Counted from the first letter of the stretch, positions 46,072 to 52,768 are shown. The stretch: 63,218 nucleotides of DNA from Candidatus Woesearchaeota archaeon (GCA_964601175.1 CAZRMJ010000004.1:1-63218), one strand, 5' to 3'. Made by a program: numbers and translations. The notes: generated by a model from the sequence alone, not told the origin.

Positions 46072-46143
46072 GGCTGTGTAGCTTAGTGGTAGAGCGCGAG
46101 TCTCATAAGCTCGAGGTCGGGAGTTCAATTCTCCCCACAGCCA
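46072..46143 (+). tRNA. tRNA-Met (anticodon CAT; elongator-like, but Ile2-type cannot be excluded)
   Basis: 72-nt cloverleaf: GGCTGTG/CACAGCC, D arm GCTT-AGTGGTA-GAGC, anticodon arm CGAGT-CTCATAA-GCTCG, T arm GGGAG-TTCAATT-CTCCC, discriminator A. Confidence 0.85.
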
Positions 46144-46259
46144 TTAGAGAATTGAATGGAGTTCAATTACTTTAACTCGTAAGAGTTTAAGTCACATTTG
46201 TGACTTGTTCACAAATAGTGCTCCCCACAGCCATTAGAGAATTGAATGGAGTTCAATTA
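46131..46259. repeat. 39-nt perfect direct repeat (tRNA-Met 3' end plus 26 nt of trailer) flanking a 51-nt twin-hairpin cassette
   Basis: ctccccacagccattagagaattgaatggagttcaatta occurs at 46131-46169 and 46221-46259. Between the copies are H1 CTTTAACTC-GTAA-GAGTTTAAG (46170-46191) and H2 ATTTGTGA-CTTGT-TCACAAAT (46196-46216). Confidence 0.9.
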
Positions 46260-46267
46260 ATCAATAA

Positions 46268-46633
46268 TCAAACTCTAGTCAAAAATCTCAGACCATCCGA
46301 GTCTTTTCTTGGAATTACATGAAGGTGAGCATGCATAACTTGCTGACCTGCAACACTCAAGTTGTTCATAATTAAATTAAATCCATCTCCGTATCTTTTA
46401 TCCATTAAATCTGATGCAATTTTTTTAGTAAAGTCGAGCATTTCTGCTCCAAATTTATTAGGAATATCAAGAAGAGTAACTAAATGCTGCTTAGGAATAA
46501 CAAGAGCATGTCCTTTGATACTTTGATCCTTATCAAGAATAGAAACAAAAGAATTACTCTCTGCAATTAAATCAGATTTAATCTCTTTTCTAACTATCTT
46601 GCAAAAGATGCAATCCTTGTCTGATTTAACCAT
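46268..46633 (-). CDS. HIT-family (histidine triad) nucleotide hydrolase
   Basis: 121 aa; CIFCKI.. and HAHLHVIP. Confidence 0.85.
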   Translation of the reverse strand: MVKSDKDCIFCKIVRKEIKSDLIAESNSFVSILDKDQSIKGHALVIPKQHLVTLLDIPNKFGAEMLDFTKKIASDLMDKRYGDGFNLIMNNLSVAGQQVMHAHLHVIPRKDSDGLRFLTRV

Positions 46634-46637
46634 TAAT

Positions 46638-47438
46638 CTAATTAAAAACGCCTTTATAAAAATCCTTGGACATTACAGCCCTATTAACTTTCTCAAGACT
46701 CTCATCATTCTTAAACAACTTGCTCAAAAATCCTTGCTTTTCAGGTAACCCAAGAACAGCTCTGCAAAATCTGTCAATTTCCTTTGTAAATGCAGTTCTT
46801 CCTGCAAAAAGAGGAGCAGGGACCCTTTCAGAAAGAGCCATATGCTGAATATCATCATATTTTATTTTTGCAACCACCGGAATTCCAGTAGATTCCTGTA
46901 TTTCATCTAAATTGACATCGTAATGGCCTTTAGATTGATTAACTATGATTCCTGCAATAGGCCTATGCCTCTGTTTAGCAAGCTGAGCAGCCCTTATTGT
47001 ACAACTCAAAGTAGGATAATCTGGGGTAGACACTGCAAACAAATGATCTGAAGCAATAATAGTAGCTAACATTTCATCATTTAAACTAGGAGAAGAATCC
47101 AAAACAACAAAGTCATAATCTTTCTTTATATGCCCTATTCTATCCTTCAAAAGCATAGGGTTAATTTCTTTATTATTCAAAAAATTACCTGGAATTACAT
47201 CAACACCATACTGATGATGTATTGCAGATGAAATCCCATCACCCAGTAAAACATCGTGAATTGTTTTTTGAGGAGAAACTATGTCCATATGAAGACCTAA
47301 ATTTGGAGCAGAAAAATTAGCATCGACAAGTAAAACTTTTTTATGATAAGTATTTGACAAATGAGTAGCAACGGCAGCAGATAATGTAGTCTTACCAACA
47401 CCACCCTTCAAAGAAATAAAACCAAGAGTTTTCGTCAT
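46638..47438 (-). CDS. MinD/ParA-family P-loop ATPase
   Basis: 266 aa; deviant Walker A SLKGGVGKTT and VLDSSP. Confidence 0.8.
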   Translation of the reverse strand: MTKTLGFISLKGGVGKTTLSAAVATHLSNTYHKKVLLVDANFSAPNLGLHMDIVSPQKTIHDVLLGDGISSAIHHQYGVDVIPGNFLNNKEINPMLLKDRIGHIKKDYDFVVLDSSPSLNDEMLATIIASDHLFAVSTPDYPTLSCTIRAAQLAKQRHRPIAGIIVNQSKGHYDVNLDEIQESTGIPVVAKIKYDDIQHMALSERVPAPLFAGRTAFTKEIDRFCRAVLGLPEKQGFLSKLFKNDESLEKVNRAVMSKDFYKGVFN

Positions 47439-47439
47439 C

Positions 47440-47682
47440 TTACTTTTTAGCTAAACCGGAACGGTTAAGCGACCTTATTACTATGAAATAAGCTAATGCT
47501 CCAATCCATCCCAACAAAACAACTACTACTATCCAAACTATTTTTTCAACATGGTTCTTGAAATTTCTCTTCGCACAATCAACTAACATCCAAATCCAGA
47601 ATATTACAAGAAGCACACTCAAAATAAACATAGCACCGCCAAGAGCAAAAGCAAACGGCCAGAACAAACCTATCATCCCCAT
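47440..47682 (-). CDS. Small membrane protein with PLD-nuclease-N-like domain
   Basis: 80 aa; IWMLVDCAKR..KIVWIVVVVLLGWIGALAYFIV. Confidence 0.5.
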   Translation of the reverse strand: MGMIGLFWPFAFALGGAMFILSVLLVIFWIWMLVDCAKRNFKNHVEKIVWIVVVVLLGWIGALAYFIVIRSLNRSGLAKK

Positions 47683-47704
47683 AACAAAACTTGGAAATTA
47701 TTAT

Positions 47705-49138
47705 TTATAAACCTAACTTATTCCTCAGATATTCTGAAAGATCTTTTATCTTAATTCTTTCTTGCTTAGTACTATCCCTATCCCTTATAGTCACATCTTT
47801 TCCTTTTATGGAATCTCCATCGATAGTTATGCAATAAGGAGTACCTATTTCATCATTTCTTGCATATCTTCTTCCTATACTTCCACTATCATCATATACT
47901 GCTTCAAATTTTTCCTTAAGCTCATTAAATACATCTCTAGACAGTTTAACCACATCTTCATCTTTTTTAACAATAGGAAAAACTGCAACCTTGACTGGAG
48001 CAAGTCTAGGATGCAATTTCAAAACAATATTATCTCTAGACTTATCATAATTATATGCTTCAAGTAAAATTATCATAAAAGTTCTTTCGACACCCAATGA
48101 GGGCTCGCAAACAACTTCAGGCAATATTTTACCAAATTTAGGATCCATAATTTCTAGATTCTTTCCAGAAAATTTTTGATGTTGAGTCAAATCATAATTA
48201 GATCTATCTGCAAATCCTTGAAGTTCTCTCCAACCCATAGGGAAATTATATTCTAAGTCCCAAGTATCTGAAGAATAATGACTTTTCTCTTCAGGTAAAT
48301 GTTGCCTTATCCTAAAATTATTTAGATTAACTCCAAGAAGTTTAAACCATTCAAGTTCTTGACTTATCCAATAAGCGTGCCAATCTCTTTTTATGACCTT
48401 ATCTTTGAGAGCTTTTGAAATCTTCATCTTAACAGGATCTTTTCCATTTTTTTGCATGTCTGAAGAATAAATAAGAATTTCATGATCTTTTATATCATAA
48501 TCACATTTTTGATTTGGAGCAATAAAATATTCTATTTCCATTTGTTCAAGTTCTCTATCTCTAAATATAAACTCCCTTGGAGAAATCTCATTACGAAATG
48601 CCTTTCCTATTTGAGCAATTCCAAACGGAAGACTCATACGCGAATTTTCTTGAACTAATTTAAAATTAGCAAATATTAATTGGGCAGTTTCTCCTCTCAA
48701 ATAAGCTTCAGTAGGGTTTAATGCTCCTACGCTAACAGGGAAAAGTTGATTAAACTTTCCAAGCACTTCAAACTGTCCTCCGCATTTATCGCACTTAACT
48801 TTCCCAACTTCATTAGAATCAATCTTAGTTGCATTCTTACATTTTTTACATTTAACAGCAACATCGTAAAAGCTAGATAAGTGACCTGAAGCTTCCCACA
48901 ACTTTCTTGGAGTTATAATAGCGCCATCTATTCCAACAAGATCTTCTCTCCTCTTAACATGAAAATTCCACCATTCTCGTTTTATATTATTTTTAAGCTC
49001 AACTCCAACAGGACCAAAATCCCAAACTCCTGCCATTCCCCCATAAATTTCAGCAGAAGGATAAACAAATCCTTTTCTTTTACAAAAAACAGCTAAATCC
49101 TCTACACTTATTTTACTGTCAGAAATCTTATCAACCAT
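47705..49138 (-). CDS. glyS: Glycyl-tRNA synthetase (alpha2, archaeal/eukaryotic type)
   Basis: 477 aa; RGFVYPSAEIYGG..G.WDFGP, FRNEISPR, EPSLGVER, and the anticodon-binding C-domain. Confidence 0.9.
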   Translation of the reverse strand: MVDKISDSKISVEDLAVFCKRKGFVYPSAEIYGGMAGVWDFGPVGVELKNNIKREWWNFHVKRREDLVGIDGAIITPRKLWEASGHLSSFYDVAVKCKKCKNATKIDSNEVGKVKCDKCGGQFEVLGKFNQLFPVSVGALNPTEAYLRGETAQLIFANFKLVQENSRMSLPFGIAQIGKAFRNEISPREFIFRDRELEQMEIEYFIAPNQKCDYDIKDHEILIYSSDMQKNGKDPVKMKISKALKDKVIKRDWHAYWISQELEWFKLLGVNLNNFRIRQHLPEEKSHYSSDTWDLEYNFPMGWRELQGFADRSNYDLTQHQKFSGKNLEIMDPKFGKILPEVVCEPSLGVERTFMIILLEAYNYDKSRDNIVLKLHPRLAPVKVAVFPIVKKDEDVVKLSRDVFNELKEKFEAVYDDSGSIGRRYARNDEIGTPYCITIDGDSIKGKDVTIRDRDSTKQERIKIKDLSEYLRNKLGL

Positions 49139-49186
49139 AAATGTCTTATCTAAAACATCTCTTTAAATCTTTCTAATAAAAACAAA

Positions 49187-49259
49187 AGCGCGGAACAGGA
49201 TTCGAACCTGCGAATACTCGGGCTGCAGCCGAGCGCGTTAACCACTTCGCCATCCGCGC
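49187..49259 (-). tRNA. tRNA-Cys (anticodon GCA)
   Basis: 73-nt cloverleaf: GCGCGGA/TCCGCGC, anticodon arm CTCGG-CTGCAGC-CCGAG, T arm GCAGG-TTCGAAT-CCTGT, discriminator U as expected for Cys. Confidence 0.85.
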
Positions 49260-49311
49260 ATACGCATGTATGGAGGATACTGTGAATTTCAATTCACTCC
49301 ATCCGCGCATA
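49250..49311. repeat. 13-nt direct repeat of the tRNA-Cys 5' end flanking a 36-nt hairpin-containing insert
   Basis: ccatccgcgcata occurs at 49250-49262 and 49299-49311 (minus sense TATGCGCGGATGG = 3 leader nt plus tRNA nt 1-10). The insert at 49263-49298 contains GTGAAT-TTCA-ATTCAC. Confidence 0.85.
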
Positions 49312-49331
49312 AAACAACAGATGGAAGTTGT

Positions 49332-49339
49332 TATTTAAA
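49332..49339 (-). promoter_or_regulatory. TATA box positioned for the DISTAL copy of the tRNA-Cys 5' end
   Basis: Minus-sense TTTAAATA; the core starts 31 nt upstream of the distal GCGCGGA (G at 49308), the same spacing seen at the other tRNAs. Confidence 0.5.
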
Positions 49340-49378
49340 CCTTATTTAATAAAAAAAATCAAAAAATAAAAATCACCC

Positions 49379-49534
49379 TCACTCTCTAGCAGAGAGTTCT
49401 TTTATTCTTTCTGCAACACCTTGTGCTTCATTTTCAAGACTTTTTTTGTATTCTTCAAGCATCTCAATTTTTTCAGTTCTTGTCAAAAAGCCTCTACTAG
49501 ATTCACAAGAATTACCGTAACATTGCCAACCCAT
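49379..49534 (-). CDS. Unannotated 51-aa DUF5320-like protein
   Basis: Manual translation: MGWQCYGNSCESSRGFLTRTEKIEMLEEYKKSLENEAQGVAERIKELSARE, with SD AGGAGG 9 nt upstream. It is divergent from the PadR gene. Confidence 0.5.
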   Translation of the reverse strand: MGWQCYGNSCESSRGFLTRTEKIEMLEEYKKSLENEAQGVAERIKELSARE

Positions 49535-49615
49535 TATATTGTTCCTCCTTTCATTTATATGTATCGTATATGCGATACATTAACTATATAAATATATCGG
49601 TCGTCCAATAATAAA

Positions 49616-49906
49616 ATGGAAAAAGGTTACTGTGACATGAGGGGTTTTCTCTCATTTCTTATATTATTCATGTTATCGAAAAAACCAATGCACGGTCAAG
49701 AGATAGCCAACGAAATAGAAAAAAGAAAGGGGTGTAAACCTTCTCCTGGAACAATATACCCGGCATTGAAACAACTAAAAGAAAATGGATTAATAAAAGA
49801 AAAGAAAGAAGGAAAAATAATAACTTATTCTATAACACCTCAAGGTAAAAAAGAATTTGAACATGCAAGGGATCAATTTTGCAAAACATTTAGTGATGTA
49901 TTTTAA
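49616..49906 (+). CDS. PadR-family transcriptional regulator
   Basis: 96 aa; RGFLSFLILFMLSKKPMHGQEIANEIE...SPGTIYPALKQLKENGLI. Confidence 0.85.
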   Translation: MEKGYCDMRGFLSFLILFMLSKKPMHGQEIANEIEKRKGCKPSPGTIYPALKQLKENGLIKEKKEGKIITYSITPQGKKEFEHARDQFCKTFSDVF

Positions 49907-49930
49907 TAAACAATATCTAGATAGTATATT

Positions 49931-50045
49931 ATGTTCAAATCCTTAACGACCCCGACAGGATTCCTTCAACTTTTAAAAGTTGAATGGGACTGAAGTGACT
50001 TGTTCACTTCAGGATGTTCAAATCCTTAACGACCCCGACAGGATT
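49931..50045. repeat. 32-nt perfect direct repeat (tRNA-Arg(TCT) 3' end plus 18 nt of trailer) flanking a 51-nt twin-hairpin cassette
   Basis: atgttcaaatccttaacgaccccgacaggatt occurs at 49931-49962 and 50014-50045. Between the copies are H1 TTCAACTTTT/AAAAGTTGAA (49966-49985) and H2 CTGAAGTGA-CTTGT-TCACTTCAG (49990-50012). Confidence 0.9.
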
Positions 50046-50104
50046 TGAACCTGCGGCCTGCTGATTAGAAGTCAGCTGCTCTATCCAGGCTGAGCTACGG
50101 GGTC
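50030..50104 (-). tRNA. tRNA-Arg (anticodon TCT)
   Basis: 75-nt cloverleaf: GACCCCG/CGGGGTC, D arm GCTC-AGCCTGGATA-GAGC, anticodon arm GCTGA-CTTCTAA-TCAGC, T arm GCAGG-TTCAAAT-CCTGT, discriminator G. Confidence 0.85.
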
Positions 50105-50127
50105 ACGAAAATGAGAATAAAAAATCC

Positions 50128-50135
50128 CTTTTAAA
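50128..50135 (-). promoter_or_regulatory. TATA box for tRNA-Arg(TCT)
   Basis: Minus-sense TTTAAAAG starting 31 nt upstream of tRNA +1 (50104). Confidence 0.5.
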
Positions 50136-50190
50136 CTTATGTAAGTAAAAGCATGGAGAGCTATTTAAACAATAAAAAATACATATTAAA

Positions 50191-51087
50191 ATGGAAATGG
50201 AAGTAGTCTGCCTAGGTACGGCAAGTGCGGTACCAAGTAAAAAGAAAAATCATAGCGGATTTTTAGTAAAAACAGAAAAGCACAAAATTCTAGTAGACTG
50301 TGGGGAAGGAATACAAAGACAATTTAAATTTGCAGAAGAACCCGTAACAAAACTAACACACTTACTTATAACCCACTGGCACGAAGACCATTCTATTGGA
50401 CTATTTCCCTTACTAAAATCAATGGGCATGAACAATTATAGTCAAACTCTTCAAATTTACGGACCCAGAACAACAAAAGAAAAAATAGATTTACTACAAA
50501 AGATATATTCTAAATATAGGATAAACGTAAAAGTAAATGAAATAAGTTCAAAGTTAGTTTACGAAGACAATGACTTAAAAATAGAAGCTGAAGAGATGGA
50601 TCATGGAATAGAAACTCTTGCATACAATATAATTTTAAAAGATAAATTAAGAATAGACAAATCAAAAATAAAAAAATTAAAACTCCCAAATTCTCCCTTG
50701 ATAGGCCAACTTCAACAAGGAAAAGATATCAAATTTAATAATAAGACAATAAAATCCAAATCGGTAACTTATATTGAAAAAGGAAAAAAATTGACTATAA
50801 TCCTAGACACTGCAATGAATCAAAATGCTATAAAAATGACAAAAGATTCCGATTTACTAATATGTGAATCAACATATTCCAAAGAAGAGCCAGAACAAGC
50901 AAAAGAATACAAACATCTTACAACTATTCAAGCAGCAGAAATTGCAAAAAAAGCAAAAGCAAAAAGACTAGCGCTAGTCCATATCTCAGATAAGCATCTT
51001 CACAGAACCAATCAACTACTAAAAGAAGCAAAATCAATATTCAAAAACACATCAATCCCAGAAGATTTGCAAAAAATAAAGATATAA
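50191..51087 (+). CDS. rnz: Ribonuclease Z (tRNA 3' endonuclease, MBL fold)
   Basis: 298 aa; LGTASAVPS, LLITHWHEDHSIGL, and a C-terminal LVHIS. Confidence 0.8.
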   Translation: MEMEVVCLGTASAVPSKKKNHSGFLVKTEKHKILVDCGEGIQRQFKFAEEPVTKLTHLLITHWHEDHSIGLFPLLKSMGMNNYSQTLQIYGPRTTKEKIDLLQKIYSKYRINVKVNEISSKLVYEDNDLKIEAEEMDHGIETLAYNIILKDKLRIDKSKIKKLKLPNSPLIGQLQQGKDIKFNNKTIKSKSVTYIEKGKKLTIILDTAMNQNAIKMTKDSDLLICESTYSKEEPEQAKEYKHLTTIQAAEIAKKAKAKRLALVHISDKHLHRTNQLLKEAKSIFKNTSIPEDLQKIKI

Positions 51088-51100
51088 CTAAAAAATAAAT

Positions 51101-51331
51101 TTAAGCAGGAGAGATAAAGATTATTGTATCTCCTCTCAAAAAGGTAGATCCATAGTTTCTCTTCAATTCACCGTTAATCATTTCTTTAGCATTGTCAAGA
51201 ACAATATTTATGTGAATGTCAAAAGCTTTCAGAACTCCAGAGAACTGTCTATCGTTCTTCAACTGAACGATAACTTCTTTACCCTTGGAGTTATTCAAGA
51301 GATCTAAAGGCCTTTCAATAATGTTTGCCAT
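51101..51331 (-). CDS. Sm-like archaeal protein (SmAP/LSm)
   Basis: 76 aa; PLDLLNNSKGKEVIVQLKNDRQFSGVLKAFDIHINIVLDNA..LRGDTIIFI (Sm1 and Sm2 motifs). Confidence 0.85.
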   Translation of the reverse strand: MANIIERPLDLLNNSKGKEVIVQLKNDRQFSGVLKAFDIHINIVLDNAKEMINGELKRNYGSTFLRGDTIIFISPA

Positions 51332-51388
51332 AATAGATTGATGTGCACAAAAAGACTATTTAAACATTATGTATCTGAAAAATAAGGT

Positions 51389-52072
51389 TTAGTAAGGTGC
51401 AGGAAAAACAGTCGCAGTTATTGTATCCCCAAGCGCTCCAGTAAAAGAATCTGAAGGAACTGTAAGATTAAAGTCTATACGAATAGAATCTTGGCTATCT
51501 TGATAAGAAAAGAAAGTACAGAATAAAGCAGTAGTCGTATTCACATTATAAAACACATCTAATGGAAGATTCGAAGTACCACCAGTAGAATTCCTACAAC
51601 TTCCAGTTTCTGCATTAGAAATATTCCATTTATAAGTCGGTCCAGTTCCCCCAATAAACTGAGCAGCAGTCTTAGTCCCACTTAAGTTTAAAGTAACGTT
51701 TATGTTCCCATTATTTTGCAGTCTCAAACCACCTGCATTTTGAAGTGTCCAGTTCCCATTAGTAACGTTATTAGTTTCAAATGTATTGAGGCCTGCAGAA
51801 CTATACCCTAGATTAACTCTTCCAGATCCCCAATTAATTTGAGAAGTAGTAAATGTAACTGTAGAATCAAATTCAACACTTAAATTAACTTCTCCAGTAG
51901 AAGTAGCATATCCTGAAAAGACATTAAAAAGATCTCTAGCTGAATGATAAAAAACCCCCAATGAAATTAATGAAGTCAAAACAAGTAAAAGCGCTAAAAC
52001 AAAAACAAATTTATTATCGTCACCTTTCATAAAAAAAAGAAAACTGGCAAGTTTATTAAGCATTCTATTCAA
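51389..52072 (-). CDS. Secreted/anchored beta-rich hypothetical protein
   Basis: 227 aa with N-terminal TM FVFVLALLLVLTSLISLGVF, followed by S/T/N/G-rich beta-type sequence. The true start may be the internal MKGDD. Confidence 0.4.
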   Translation of the reverse strand: MNRMLNKLASFLFFMKGDDNKFVFVLALLLVLTSLISLGVFYHSARDLFNVFSGYATSTGEVNLSVEFDSTVTFTTSQINWGSGRVNLGYSSAGLNTFETNNVTNGNWTLQNAGGLRLQNNGNINVTLNLSGTKTAAQFIGGTGPTYKWNISNAETGSCRNSTGGTSNLPLDVFYNVNTTTALFCTFFSYQDSQDSIRIDFNLTVPSDSFTGALGDTITATVFPAPY

Positions 52073-52119
52073 AATGACACACTAGAAACCTTTAAAAACA
52101 ATAATCCGAAAAGGAGTAT

Positions 52120-52482
52120 ATGAATAAAGGAAGAAAGATCACTGGAGGAAAATACCACAGAGATAGAAAGAAAAGGTTAGACGAGTATAAAGCTCAAGAG
52201 AACAAAACATCTCTAGGAGAGATAAAAAGAAAGATTTTAAGAGTCAAAGGCGGAAATAAAAGAATAATTCTCCTAAAATCAAATAAAGCAAATCTGACTA
52301 TAGGAAATAAAACTGAACAAGTAGATATAAAGAATGTACTTCAAACACCTCAAGACGTATTCCTTGCAAGACAAAACAGATTGATAAAGGGAGCAATAAT
52401 AGAAACATCAAAAGGAAAAGCAAAGATCACTAATAGGCCAAGCAGAGAAGGCGTAGTAAATGCAATCCTTATAGAAAGTTAA
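52120..52482 (+). CDS. rps8e: 30S ribosomal protein S8e (eS8)
   Basis: 120 aa; GRKITGGKYHRDRKKR...RVKGGN.K..LL. Confidence 0.85.
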   Translation: MNKGRKITGGKYHRDRKKRLDEYKAQENKTSLGEIKRKILRVKGGNKRIILLKSNKANLTIGNKTEQVDIKNVLQTPQDVFLARQNRLIKGAIIETSKGKAKITNRPSREGVVNAILIES

Positions 52483-52483
52483 C

Positions 52484-52768
52484 ATGCTTAAAGAAGAGTT
52501 GATGAATAAACTTAGGAACATATTCAATATGTGGGACATTTCCCCATATCCTGAAGAAAAATTCAAAGATTTTAAGCAATACGATGAAGCAATAAAAGAC
52601 CTCCTAGAAAAAATAAGCAAGGTAAAAAACAAAGAAGATTTAGAAAAAATATTAAAAGAATCGTTTGGAGAGCAATTCTGGATAAAAACCGCCAATAAAA
52701 ATAATAAAGAAAACTTAGTCAAGGATTTGTATAATTTCTTCAAATCTAATAATTTAATAAGAGGATAG
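52484..52768 (+). CDS. Hypothetical protein
   Basis: 94-aa ORF starting 1 nt after rps8e; no motif recognised. Confidence 0.35.
   Translation: MLKEELMNKLRNIFNMWDISPYPEEKFKDFKQYDEAIKDLLEKISKVKNKEDLEKILKESFGEQFWIKTANKNNKENLVKDLYNFFKSNNLIRG

Noticed and set aside
46124-46221. A bulge-helix-bulge intron in the T-loop of tRNA-Met (and the two tRNA-Arg) that would use the second repeat copy as the 3' exon
   Set aside because: I tried to pair T-loop nucleotides with the 3' end of the putative intron (..CACAAATAGTG) and found no 4-bp central helix flanked by 3-nt bulges. The tRNA is also already contiguous without splicing. I keep it as a hypothesis inside the finding but do not call it an intron.
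46131-46259. The direct repeats near tRNAs might be a CRISPR array
   Set aside because: Each locus has only two copies, the repeats differ between loci, each overlaps a tRNA end, and no cas genes are present.
18186-50012. All three H1-H2 cassettes read in the same orientation on the + strand, which might be evidence for a strand-specific (ssDNA transposon or REP-like) mechanism
   Set aside because: With three copies, same-strand orientation has about a 1-in-4 chance probability. It is not significant without a genome-wide census.
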